Notes under the pieces: generated by a model
Seen by the model: the letters and a program-made list of their open reading frames with translations, nothing else
Databases searched by the model: none
Told to the model about the DNA's origin: nothing
Shown here: positions 29,037 through 39,155 of the stretch, piece after piece
How the letters are laid out: every line of letters begins with the position of its first letter
Numbering within the stretch: position 1 is the stretch's first letter
Translations under genes and position numbers: made by a program
Source: an uncultured Bacteroidales bacterium
GTDB lineage: Bacteria; Bacteroidota; Bacteroidia; Bacteroidales; VadinHA17
Direction: 5' to 3'
DNA: 64,000 nt
NCBI GenBank assembly: GCA_963760915.1
Contig: CAVXEU010000005.1
Span: forward strand, 329,739 to 393,738

Positions 29037-30779
29037 CTATTTTGAAGAGCTGATATACGAAGATACCTGATCCTGCGGCCCTCCTACATATTTTGGATAG
29101 TTCGGATATGAGCAGAGAATATATCCTTTACCTTCAGGTTTCACTCCGATTCGTCCTTCCGGGTTAATAAAAAGTGTTTTCGGGGGAGCACTGCCTTCTT
29201 CAACCCAGGATATTATAATATCCATTTTGTCGTTGGAGTTTGGAGCCGGAATGTTTTTTACTTCGACATTTTTACCATCTCCGTTAATCTTATAACTCCT
29301 GCCTGATAATCCGTGGCCTGCCTGCGGAACAACATATAACCTTGCAAACTCTGTCAGTTTCTTTGATCCCATTTTATTTATCAAAGATTGATAATAGTCA
29401 AGCTGAGCACCGGAAGAGGCTATAAAATCCTGTGTTCCGACAGTTAATACTATTTTTCCTCCATGCTTATAAAATGCACTCAGATCAGGATCAGTGGCAT
29501 CGAGCCATTTTGAAATAAGTTTACGGCGCTCAATCATTGACTTTCCTTCAACATAATCGAGCGGGTTAGCTGACAGATTCTGCATCAGGAATCCGGTCAC
29601 GCCAAGAATGCCCAGGGATGAATGTACCGGAGCGTTTTCAGGAGCACCTTCCTGTCCCTTATACCGGGAAGGGGCAATCGTTCCAAAAGACTCAGGATCA
29701 GTTGTCGGAAGCCACATGCCGAACGATTTAACGCCATTTGCAAGAGGTGCCGGGAACTTATACCGACTGTAGACAAATTCAAGAGTTTTTATTTGTCCAT
29801 TAGTAAGCCTGGCTGTAGTTGACGTATTTTCAGGTTCCGGATCCCTGCCGTTTGGACCACGAAGGGCAGCCCAAGGATCAACAGGACCAGAACCGTCTGT
29901 TACATCAAAAATTGCACGTGAAGCCATATAGTTATTTATAATCCCATCAGACAGTCCGTCAAGATTGTCACATTGTCTTAGGAACTCAGCCCTGATTGCA
30001 TTAACCTTGGCAGGGGTCACCCAGTTTTCCAGGGGTTTTTCCTGAATCCTTATAAGTTCAGGAGCGAGCATAAGTGTTGAAAAGCTGACTATCGGAACAT
30101 CAGATATTATGCCGTTATAATCAGTGGGGTATTTTTGGGCAACCATAAGTCCTTCACGTCCACCCTGTGAACCTCCAACATAATAGTTGAAGCTGGGACG
30201 TTCTCCATATATTCTTTCCATTATTACCATTGCGGCATCGTGAGTCTTTTTCATTTGCATGTAACCAAGGTTACGGATTGCCTCTTCATTGAGAGCCCAG
30301 TCATCAGGTTTTGCTCCTGCAGGACCGGAAGCCAGAGATGTACTTCTGCCTCCCATCCCAGACTGGTGGCCTGAGTCACTGCCATACATAACAAATCCCC
30401 TATTGATCATAGGATTTTTACCTTCTCTTACTGTGATCGATCCGTTCATACCTCCACCACCGGCTTGCATAGCACGGTGCGACCAGCTGGCCGGTAGAAG
30501 TACCCGGAAATTAATTGGCCAGCCATTCGGATCTACCGGGAAAATTGATCCTTCAACAACAGCGTATGCGGGAGTGACATCGGTTGCTTCAACCCATCTA
30601 GGCGTATAGAGCTTAACCGAGCCAACAGGCTCTCCGATAGCAGAAACGTCGATCGAAGTACCTGCTTTTAAGATGTCATTTTTGGTAATTTCTATATTTT
30701 TGGAAGAAGAGTTCTGACCGGCAACTCCCATTTCTGCCAAAATCAGGGTCGTAATAATTAAAAAAAGTGGTTTTCTCAT
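29037..30779 (-). CDS. tannase/feruloyl esterase family alpha/beta hydrolase, secreted
   Basis: 580 aa with a signal peptide. The nucleophile context YYVGGSQGGREGL matches G-x-S-x-G-G-R-E/Q-G of this family. Confidence 0.7.
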   Translation of the reverse strand: MRKPLFLIITTLILAEMGVAGQNSSSKNIEITKNDILKAGTSIDVSAIGEPVGSVKLYTPRWVEATDVTPAYAVVEGSIFPVDPNGWPINFRVLLPASWSHRAMQAGGGGMNGSITVREGKNPMINRGFVMYGSDSGHQSGMGGRSTSLASGPAGAKPDDWALNEEAIRNLGYMQMKKTHDAAMVIMERIYGERPSFNYYVGGSQGGREGLMVAQKYPTDYNGIISDVPIVSFSTLMLAPELIRIQEKPLENWVTPAKVNAIRAEFLRQCDNLDGLSDGIINNYMASRAIFDVTDGSGPVDPWAALRGPNGRDPEPENTSTTARLTNGQIKTLEFVYSRYKFPAPLANGVKSFGMWLPTTDPESFGTIAPSRYKGQEGAPENAPVHSSLGILGVTGFLMQNLSANPLDYVEGKSMIERRKLISKWLDATDPDLSAFYKHGGKIVLTVGTQDFIASSGAQLDYYQSLINKMGSKKLTEFARLYVVPQAGHGLSGRSYKINGDGKNVEVKNIPAPNSNDKMDIIISWVEEGSAPPKTLFINPEGRIGVKPEGKGYILCSYPNYPKYVGGPQDQVSSYISSSK

Positions 30780-31251
30780 GATCTCAGATACCTATTTAAA
30801 ATTTTATACTTCATTTTATACTTCATTTTTCCTGAATTACCTTTTTTACAGGTTAATTTAATCTTCCGGGAATTTACCATCTATCTCTTTTGAGTTTAAC
30901 AAAGTTAAACTTTTAGACCATCAGCCAATGCTGCTAATTTACTCATTTATTTTCTTCCTGTATCACTTATCAGGTTCTATATGAATGCTACTGGTACCAG
31001 AGTTGTCCGGCTTATTAAGGTTATTACCAGCTCGGGAGCTCTTCCAGTGTATGCTGAAGTTTCCTGGCTTCAAATTATTAAAAGAAGCATACTTACGCAT
31101 AAACCGGTTCTGTTATATTTCTGATAATTAAAAACATGTTTTGACAATTTAATATAGGGCTTCCAGAAAATGCAGGGGTTTCTTATATTTACCCGGATAA
31201 TTTTTAATCATGCAATTATATTAATTAACTTTATTTTATAATCCAAAATAT

Positions 31252-32070
31252 ATGAAACGTATTCTTATTTTATTATTTGCAGGCTGGTCTCTTATACCAA
31301 TTGATGCTGCTGTAATTGATACAATCCAGGTATTCAGTAAATCAATGCAGAAGAATATTCCGGTGGTAGTAATTAAACCCGATAGTTATACTTCAGCAAA
31401 TGAACTGCCTGTTGTGTATCTGTTGCATGGTTATAGTGGAAATCAATTCGACTGGATTTCTAAGGATAAGGGTATTGAAAAAACTGCGGATCAGTACAAT
31501 CTGATCATAGTTTGTCCTGACGGTGGTTACAATAGCTGGTACTGGAATAGTCCGGTTAACCCGAAATCACAATATGAGACTTTTATATCAGAGGAACTCG
31601 TAAAATCAATTGATACTAAATATTCCACAATTAAAGACCGGACAGGCAGGGCAATCACCGGGCTTAGTATGGGTGGTCATGGTGCGCTTTATCTGGCATT
31701 CAGGCATCAGGATGTTTTCGGAGCTGCCGGAAGCATGAGTGGAGGAGTTGATATCAGACCTTTCCCAAACAATTGGGATATGGCCAAACAGCTCGATACA
31801 TATGCTGAACAGCCGGAGAGGTGGGAAAAAAACACAGTGATAAACATGCTGAATCTTCTGACACCTAATTCGCTGGCGATTATCATTGATTGTGGTACGG
31901 ATGATTTCTTCTATAAAGTAAACGAAAACCTTCATCAGCAGTTACTGTACAGAAATATTCCACATGATTTTATAATCCGTCCCGGAGCTCACACCTGGCC
32001 TTATTGGACAAACTCTGTGAAATTTCAGTTGCTTTTCATGAGAAACTATTTTGATAATGCTAAACGTTAA
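31252..32070 (+). CDS. esterase (esterase D/CE1-like putative esterase family), secreted
   Basis: Signal peptide, LLHGYSGN, nucleophile GLSMGGHGAL and C-terminal PGAHTW. Confidence 0.8.
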   Translation: MKRILILLFAGWSLIPIDAAVIDTIQVFSKSMQKNIPVVVIKPDSYTSANELPVVYLLHGYSGNQFDWISKDKGIEKTADQYNLIIVCPDGGYNSWYWNSPVNPKSQYETFISEELVKSIDTKYSTIKDRTGRAITGLSMGGHGALYLAFRHQDVFGAAGSMSGGVDIRPFPNNWDMAKQLDTYAEQPERWEKNTVINMLNLLTPNSLAIIIDCGTDDFFYKVNENLHQQLLYRNIPHDFIIRPGAHTWPYWTNSVKFQLLFMRNYFDNAKR

Positions 32071-32278
32071 ATATTCTGTTTCCCAGACAGATTTTATGAT
32101 GAAACTGCATTCCACGACTGCCAGATTGAACTTCAATACATCCTCGAGAAATCCGGGATCAATGCATAGTTTTTATATTAAAAGGCACTGAACATTAGTT
32201 CCAGACATGGAGGAGGTGCCTGCATGTGTTTGTGCAGCTTCTTTACAAGGATTAAAAAGGAATCGGATTAAGGTATTA

Positions 32279-34423
32279 TTATTCTATTAATCCCCGATCT
32301 TCCAACATCGGCCGTATATCAGGTTTATGCCCACGGAAATCGTAAAACATTTTGTTATAGTCTTCAGTATTTCCCCGTGACAGGATCATATCACGGAAGC
32401 GTTGTCCGTTGGCTCGTGTCATTCCACCATTTTCTTTAAACCAGTTGTAGGCATCGTCATCCAGCATTTCTGACCACAAATAGGCGTAATAACCTGCCGC
32501 ATAACCATTACTCCAGATATGCAGGAAATAGCTTGAGCGGTAGCGCGGAGGCACCTGCGGAAGATCAAGATTTGTGCGTTTCAATGCAGCAACTTCAAAG
32601 TTATCGACTGATTTTATGGAATCACCGGCAGGAATGGTATGCCATTCCATATCAAGGTCTGCAGCAGCCAGTATTTCTGTCAGAGCATATCCCTGATTAA
32701 ATTTCAGTGATTTTTTAATTTTATCGACCAGATTCTGTGGCATGGGTTCCCCGGTTTTATAATTCACAGCATAATGATGGAATACTTGTGGCTCTATAGC
32801 CCAGTGCTCATTAAACTGTGAAGGCAGTTCCACAAAATCACGGGCTACTGCAGTGCCAGATAAAATGGGATAAGTCTGGTCTGCAAAGAAACCATGCAGG
32901 GCATGCCCGAATTCATGGAACATAGTGGTCACATCGTCGAAACTGATTAGTGCAGGTTCACCGGGTGCCGGTTTAGTGAAGTTGCAGACATTGTAAATAA
33001 CCGGTTTTGTACCCAGTAATTTTGATTGATCCACAACATTGCTCATCCAGGCACCTCCTGATTTGTTATCGCGTTTGAAATAGTCACAGTAAAATAGACC
33101 AAGCTCGCTGCTGTCTTTATCATAGACGGTATAAACACGCATGTCGTTCTGGTAGACTGGAATGTCTGTTCTGCGTTTGAACGTCAGTCCATACAACTGA
33201 TTAGCCGCATAAAATACCCCGTTCTCTAACACATTGAACAACTCAAAGTATGGTTTTACCTGATTTTCATCAATATCATACCTGGATTTGCGAACTTTTT
33301 CAGCATAATAATTCCAGTCCCAGGGTTGCAATTGAAACCCGCCTTTTTCTTTATTAATAACTGTCTGAAGGTCAGCAGCTTCTTTGCGCGCTTTAGCCGT
33401 AGATGCCGGTACCAGTTCCTTAAGGAAAGTTTGTACAGCTTCGGGTGTTTTGGCCATCTGATCCTGTAAGGTCCAGGCTGCATAATTGGGAAATCCAAGC
33501 AGGCCTGCTTTTTCAGCCCGAATTTCAGCCAGGCGTTTGATTGTCGCACGTGTATCGTTTTTGTCACCTTTTTCAGCCCTGTTCCAGGACGCCTCAAATA
33601 ATTGGTGACGAGTGTCCCGGTTCTCCAATGACTGCAGCGCAGGTTGCTGGGTAGTGTTTTGCAGAGGCAGCAGCCATTTTCCTTTTTCCCCTGCAGCTTC
33701 AGCATCCTGTGCAGCTGAGTTTAAAGCTCCTTCTGAAAGACCCATCAGAGCTTCTTTATTACTTACTACAAAAGCACCAGCTTTAGCAGCTGCTAACAAT
33801 TGGTTGGTAAATTTGGCGCTCAGACCAGCTTCTTCTTCATTCAGCTTTTTTAATCTGGTTTTGTCATCTGAGGACAGATTTGCACCTGCACGTATGAATT
33901 CAGTATTATAATATTCGAGCAATCGGGCTGATTCCTTATCCAGGTTGAGCTCGTCTTTCATTTGGTAGATTGTTTTGATTCTTTCATAAAGCTTTTTGTT
34001 CAGATAAATTGCATCTTGTTGAGCTGCCAGTTTTGGAGCAATATCTTCACTCAGCTTTTGCAGAACAGAATCGGTATTTGCTCCCGAGAGCATGTTAAAA
34101 ACCCCATTAACCCGACGAAGAAGTTCTCCGCTCTTTTCCATGGCTACAAGAGTGTTTTCAAAGGTAGGGGCCTCGGGATTGTTGGCAATCTTTTCAATTT
34201 CCGCCAGATCTTGTTTGAAGCCTTCTTCAAAAGCGGGTGCAAAATCACTATCCTTGATTTTTGAAAAATCAGGTGCCTGAAATGGCAGGGTGCTGGCATG
34301 AAGAAATGGATTTGATGCCAGATCATTCGTTTTTTCCATTGATTTCTTTTGTTCTGTATTTGAGTTGCATGCTACCAAAAATAACAGGAGAATGCCTGTT
34401 GCTGCAATTGATAATTTTTTCAT
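32279..34423 (-). CDS. dcp: M3 family metallopeptidase (peptidyl-dipeptidase Dcp-like), lipoprotein signal
   Basis: HEFGHALHG zinc motif and M3 length. The likely start is MKKLSIAATGILLLFLVAC at 34423. The ORF track extends 9 codons upstream from a TTG. Confidence 0.85.
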   Translation of the reverse strand: MKKLSIAATGILLLFLVACNSNTEQKKSMEKTNDLASNPFLHASTLPFQAPDFSKIKDSDFAPAFEEGFKQDLAEIEKIANNPEAPTFENTLVAMEKSGELLRRVNGVFNMLSGANTDSVLQKLSEDIAPKLAAQQDAIYLNKKLYERIKTIYQMKDELNLDKESARLLEYYNTEFIRAGANLSSDDKTRLKKLNEEEAGLSAKFTNQLLAAAKAGAFVVSNKEALMGLSEGALNSAAQDAEAAGEKGKWLLPLQNTTQQPALQSLENRDTRHQLFEASWNRAEKGDKNDTRATIKRLAEIRAEKAGLLGFPNYAAWTLQDQMAKTPEAVQTFLKELVPASTAKARKEAADLQTVINKEKGGFQLQPWDWNYYAEKVRKSRYDIDENQVKPYFELFNVLENGVFYAANQLYGLTFKRRTDIPVYQNDMRVYTVYDKDSSELGLFYCDYFKRDNKSGGAWMSNVVDQSKLLGTKPVIYNVCNFTKPAPGEPALISFDDVTTMFHEFGHALHGFFADQTYPILSGTAVARDFVELPSQFNEHWAIEPQVFHHYAVNYKTGEPMPQNLVDKIKKSLKFNQGYALTEILAAADLDMEWHTIPAGDSIKSVDNFEVAALKRTNLDLPQVPPRYRSSYFLHIWSNGYAAGYYAYLWSEMLDDDAYNWFKENGGMTRANGQRFRDMILSRGNTEDYNKMFYDFRGHKPDIRPMLEDRGLIE

Positions 34424-34440
34424 CGTTTTCAGTATTATTT

Positions 34441-34545
34441 TGATAATCAATATGTATCAGGTTTTAATGTAATCATCTGGCTTTTTAAAACAGAGGTGAA
34501 ATTTACAATTTTTTGACGATAAGAGCAATGACGTTTGATTTAATC
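34441..34545 (-). promoter_or_regulatory. conserved ~105-nt promoter/leader element, copy A (upstream of dcp)
   Basis: About 83% identical to 43675..43780. On the minus strand it contains TTG-N20-TAAATTTC (promoter-like), then CACCTCTGTTTTAA, CAGATGATTAC, AAAAC and TTGATTATCA blocks. Confidence 0.5.
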
Positions 34546-34859
34546 TATAGATTTATCTGTTTTAGTCATTTGAGTGCTACCGGATCTTTTTGGGAAGGAG
34601 GTAAGGAAAACCAGCCTGCTTAAAGCAAAAAATCACGGTTATCAACTGTTATATGTAGCAACTGTTATCTGTAATTTTTAATGTGACGCAGGCAATATCT
34701 GTCCGTTAAATCTCCAATTTGCTGTTCACTATTCCATACTTAATAATTGTTAGCGTTTTAAGCTGAAAATTCTTATGATTGTGATCTCAATTATAAATGC
34801 TCATATAGTACTAATATACAGGATTATAATCTATGGATTTGTTCTAATCTCAGATGTAT

Positions 34860-34883
34860 AAAATGTGACATAAATCACATTTT
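34860..34883. promoter_or_regulatory. CRP/FNR-family type operator palindrome
   Basis: AAAATGTGA-CATAAA-TCACATTTT has perfect 9-bp arms with a 6-bp spacer and matches the TGTGA-N6-TCACA core. It is the only such site I found in the window. Confidence 0.45.
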
Positions 34884-35215
34884 GCCGATTACAAATGTTT
34901 AACCTGATATGACTTTATATTCATAAATATCTTACAGACATGAAATAAGTCTGATACTTTATTATATATGGCCATCCTGCTACAATAAAAATATGCATTT
35001 TTTTACATATATAGAAAGTGTCGGCTTTCCTTAATCTGGTCCAATCAAAATTTGGTCCAATTTTTTGAGATATTAAAACCAAATAATCAAGCAATAATTT
35101 GCCGGCTGAATTGCAGGAGAGTAATTCTGACCGCATCTATTCCGGGAAATTTATTATTGATAAAGGAGAGGTAGCTACCAAACATATTTACTATATTTAA
35201 CAAAAACCAAATAAT

Positions 35216-35749
35216 ATGAATAATAAAAAGAATTTCAGTTTTGGCATGCGATTTATTAAATCTGCATTGCCTGTTTTGATCGCACTTGTATCATTTAGTC
35301 TTATTCCGGGAAGCCTGTTTGCACAGGCGAACTATTCAGGTTCCTGGGTATTCAATGAATCTAAAAGTATTCTCGGTGACGGACCGATGATGTCTGCAAC
35401 ATCAATGACTGTTAACCAGCAGGCAGGTTTGCTTTCAATTGACCTTGTTCAACCTTCGTTTGATGGGAGCGAGGAAAAGAGAAGCGAAAAATATACTCTT
35501 GATGGTAAAGAATCAGTTAACCAGGGTATGATGAACTCAACCGTTAAGACTATAGCAACCTGGTCGGATGAAATGAAGGAGCTGAAATTTGACAAGAACA
35601 TTACCTTCGATATGAATGGTGACAAGATGGAGATGAAATCCACTGAAGCCTGGATACTTTCTGACGATGGTAAAAATCTTACTGTGAAAACAGCTATGAC
35701 AAGCCCGATGGGAGATATAAATACGACGTTGGTTTACGACAAAAAATAA
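35216..35749 (+). CDS. hypothetical secreted protein (small beta-rich, lipocalin-like guess)
   Basis: 177 aa with a signal peptide ending SLFAQA. No family recognised. Confidence 0.6.
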   Translation: MNNKKNFSFGMRFIKSALPVLIALVSFSLIPGSLFAQANYSGSWVFNESKSILGDGPMMSATSMTVNQQAGLLSIDLVQPSFDGSEEKRSEKYTLDGKESVNQGMMNSTVKTIATWSDEMKELKFDKNITFDMNGDKMEMKSTEAWILSDDGKNLTVKTAMTSPMGDINTTLVYDKK

Positions 35750-35921
35750 CTTAAGTTTCAATTTTCCGACTGACGGATTTGAATAAGACCTTGCTGTCCT
35801 GAATAAAAATTTGCTACGGATTCTTCTGCTGCTAATGTTTTTATAAATTTAATTAAATCCGAATTAAAATTGTCAATTTCAAAAGGCAGAAAGCCGTCAA
35901 TTTCGTTAAAGTATTCAAAAT

Positions 35922-37205
35922 ATGAACTATTTTAGTAAAATAATGCTTAGTTCATTAAAACCAGTTAATATGTCCAGAAACAAACTTTTAAGATCTCTGC
36001 ACCTGTACTCAATTGTATTTTTATCATTCATATTATTGAATACATTGAGTCTTTCAGGGCAGTCAGGTAATGGAACGGCAAAAAAATGGGTAGGAACCTG
36101 GAGCACCGGAGTTCAGCTTGTGGAAACCCGTAATAATCCACCTTTACCTGGATTGACTGATAATTCACTTCGTCAGGTATTGCGTGTCTCAATTGGAGGA
36201 GAGGTCCTTCGGGTAAAGTTTTCCAATGAGTTCAGCAAAAGCCCTGTTACCATGCGTTCTGTTCAAATTGCTGAATCAGCAGGAGGAAGCGCCATTAACC
36301 CGTCAACTAACGTAATTCTGACATTTAATGGGAGTAAGGAAGTTACCATGGAACCAGGTACCACAATTACTTCAGATCCTGTTTCGTTCAATCTGAAACC
36401 GAGGATGGATATGGCGGTAACAATATATTTTGGCGGTACTTCTCCTGAAATAACCGGGCACCCCGGGTCCCGCACCACTTCATACCTGCTGCCAGGAAAT
36501 GATGCTTCTGTGACTGATTTTACAGGTTCTGTCACAACAGAGCACTGGTATGCAATAAACGGTATCGATGTACTCGCGCCATCAACATCATCATGCATTG
36601 CTATCCTGGGTAACTCAATTACCGATGGACGTGGTTCAACTACAAACATGCAAAACAGATGGCCGGATCTATTGTCAGAACGACTTCTTGCAAACCCGGG
36701 TACCAGTCAGGTAGGTGTTCTCAATCTTGGGATAGGGGGTAATTGCGTTCTCAGAAATTGTCTGGGACCCTCCGGCATAAGCCGGTACGGAAGGGACATC
36801 CTCAGCCAGGCCGGGGTGAAATATGTAATAATTTTTGAAGGTGTTAACGATATTGGAGGAGTCAGATCTGCTGATGCCGCAGTATCGGTCGCCAATGGAC
36901 TTATTTCTGCATACAAAATGATGATTGACTCTGCGCATACAAGAGGTTTGAAGATTTATGGTGCTACAATTACTCCCTTTAAAGGTAATGGTTACTATAA
37001 TCAATATAGCGAATCGTGCAGGAATGAGGTTAATGGATGGATCAGAAAGAGTGACATGTTTGATGCTGTCTTCGACTTTGATTATGTGTTGAGAAACCCG
37101 TCGGATACCATAAGCCTTGTGTCATCTTATCAGAATGATGGTTTACACCCGGCCTTGTCAGAATACAAAAAAATGGTTGATTGTATTAACCTGAAACTAT
37201 TTTAA
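35922..37205 (+). CDS. SGNH/GDSL hydrolase family esterase, secreted
   Basis: Block I ILGNSITDG, block II GIGGN, block III GVND, block V NDGLHP. The N-terminal ~170 aa form an accessory domain. An alternative start lies at 35970. Confidence 0.8.
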   Translation: MNYFSKIMLSSLKPVNMSRNKLLRSLHLYSIVFLSFILLNTLSLSGQSGNGTAKKWVGTWSTGVQLVETRNNPPLPGLTDNSLRQVLRVSIGGEVLRVKFSNEFSKSPVTMRSVQIAESAGGSAINPSTNVILTFNGSKEVTMEPGTTITSDPVSFNLKPRMDMAVTIYFGGTSPEITGHPGSRTTSYLLPGNDASVTDFTGSVTTEHWYAINGIDVLAPSTSSCIAILGNSITDGRGSTTNMQNRWPDLLSERLLANPGTSQVGVLNLGIGGNCVLRNCLGPSGISRYGRDILSQAGVKYVIIFEGVNDIGGVRSADAAVSVANGLISAYKMMIDSAHTRGLKIYGATITPFKGNGYYNQYSESCRNEVNGWIRKSDMFDAVFDFDYVLRNPSDTISLVSSYQNDGLHPALSEYKKMVDCINLKLF

Positions 37206-37378
37206 TATCAGGGTGCGGGATGCAGGTTTAAAGCTGCACTTTGTGACCTCTTTCGGCACTCAGCATAAACTGTTCCGATATCATCTTTTTATTGAAATTA
37301 TTTGCTAATAATAATGGCTTCACTTTATGGTGAAGCTTTAATAACCGGAACGGAAAAAAGTTACAAACCGGAACTGTA

Positions 37379-38860
37379 TCATCTAAGAGGAGTCGGACTA
37401 TTAGCCATTCTCACTGTAGCCATAAATAAAAGCCTGCTTACTTCTTCCATTATTTCAGGGTTTATAATTTCAACATTGTCACCGGGGAGGTGATAGGGAG
37501 ATAGCGAGCCGGAGGTTGAAAAACTTACAGAGGGGACACCGGCACTCATGAAAATAGAAGCATCGAGACGTGGTCTTCCAAGATTTGAGAAGTAATTTGT
37601 TCTGAGATTGGCATGAATGTAAGCTGAATTTTCATCCATAAAGAACGACCACAATGCGGGATAATTCTCCCCTGCATTTGAGCTTATTGATTTACCGACA
37701 CCCACGCCATCCATATTAAGTAAGACGTTTTTTTCCAGAGGGAAAACAGGATTTTTAATATACTTCTTTGATCCGAGAAGGCTTTGCTCTTCAGATCCGA
37801 ATGAAATGAACATGACTGACCTTTTCAGGGGAATATGATTCTGAGCCAAAGCTTTTGCAACTCCCATCATCACTGCAACTGCCGATGCATTGTCATTAGC
37901 ACCCGGCATCAATTCATAACATTTGCCGAGGTGATCGAGATGAGCCCCTATAATAATGACTTCCCTGGTCAATTCCGGATCAGATCCCTTCAGGAGTCCA
38001 ATGATATTGCTCCCTTTCCCGTCAGGAAAGTGCCGGGTACTCATTTTTATTGTAACGTTCTTTCCTGTATTGAAGCTCGCTGGTTTGAGAGTTTTATTAA
38101 TCTTTTCTAAATTTTCCCTGTAACTGATCCCTGTTCCTGAAAATATATCCTTTACGACGGAGTCACCTACATGCACATAAACGAAATTTTCAATATATGA
38201 GTTGTTCGGATTGGCAATCGGTCCATAATTGTACAGCATACCTATAGCCCCATGCCTTGAAGCATTTTCAAGCTTATACTGATGGAATGAATAGTTGTAC
38301 CATGGATTGAATTTTTCTGCCCCTGCTCCAGGTGAAACCGGCGATTCCCGTTCGATCAGGATTATTTTCCCTCTGACATCAATTCCAGCATAATCATTAT
38401 AATTCAGTTCCGGTGCCGTAATTCCGTATCCGGCATATACTACATCTCCTGTGACTATACCGCTGCCTGAAGTTGATCCTGGAACATATTCAGTTACATA
38501 CCTGTATTGTTTTGATATTACTCCTCCTTTTTTCAGAGGGATGTTCAGCGAAACTCCGCAATCCGGAAGAACAAGTGTATACGGAACATTGAACCATTGA
38601 AACCAGCTACCGTTATCACCAGCGGGTGAGAGTCCCCATCTTGAGAATTCCCCGGCCAGCCATTCAGCACATTCCTGGTATTCCTTAGTTCCTGTCAGTC
38701 TTCCTGCATATTTTTCATCACACATGATTTTAACATAATCCAGCAGATCGTTACCTGATATTGAGTGCATCGACTGCATAAGATCTTTGTCATTTATTTC
38801 CTGGCCAACGGATGAAACAGTTGAAATAAAAATTGAAAGAAGGAATATGGTCTTTTTCAT
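37379..38860 (-). CDS. M28 family aminopeptidase with PA domain, secreted
   Basis: IIGAHLDHLG, GANDNASAVAVMMGVAKAL, FGSEEQSLLGS and the signal peptide MKKTIFLLSIFIS. The start at 38860 is preferred over 38902. Confidence 0.85.
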   Translation of the reverse strand: MKKTIFLLSIFISTVSSVGQEINDKDLMQSMHSISGNDLLDYVKIMCDEKYAGRLTGTKEYQECAEWLAGEFSRWGLSPAGDNGSWFQWFNVPYTLVLPDCGVSLNIPLKKGGVISKQYRYVTEYVPGSTSGSGIVTGDVVYAGYGITAPELNYNDYAGIDVRGKIILIERESPVSPGAGAEKFNPWYNYSFHQYKLENASRHGAIGMLYNYGPIANPNNSYIENFVYVHVGDSVVKDIFSGTGISYRENLEKINKTLKPASFNTGKNVTIKMSTRHFPDGKGSNIIGLLKGSDPELTREVIIIGAHLDHLGKCYELMPGANDNASAVAVMMGVAKALAQNHIPLKRSVMFISFGSEEQSLLGSKKYIKNPVFPLEKNVLLNMDGVGVGKSISSNAGENYPALWSFFMDENSAYIHANLRTNYFSNLGRPRLDASIFMSAGVPSVSFSTSGSLSPYHLPGDNVEIINPEIMEEVSRLLFMATVRMANSPTPLR

Positions 38861-39155
38861 ATCAGTACTATTGAGTGATTGGATAAGGTGATTGAACTCC
38901 ATATTTAAAATAGGGAGATCGCAGGTATAAAGATAAAAGAAGCAGACTAAATATCAACCCTCAGCCTCATACATTATTGCTCACTTCACTTAAAGATCAC
39001 ACTATCTGTAACGGATTTAAAACCAGGAAGTAAGAAGCTATATTAAATTATTGAATGACTGAGAAAGGTAAAGGTGAACTGTTCGGCGAAGATAAATGCA
39101 GCAAAAGTTTCTGTTAACCGTCATTAGAAAAATATTTTTAAGAATAAACATTTTC

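Noticed and set aside
30802-30825. Tandem duplication of a 12-mer (TTTTATACTTCA x2) just upstream of the tannase-family gene
   Set aside because: There are only two copies of an AT-rich unit in a promoter region. It is probably a slippage duplication with no evident function.
34921-35136. 71-aa minus-strand ORF in the long intergenic region
   Set aside because: It has no motif, an odd composition and no promoter-like box. It is more likely a chance ORF in AT-rich spacer.
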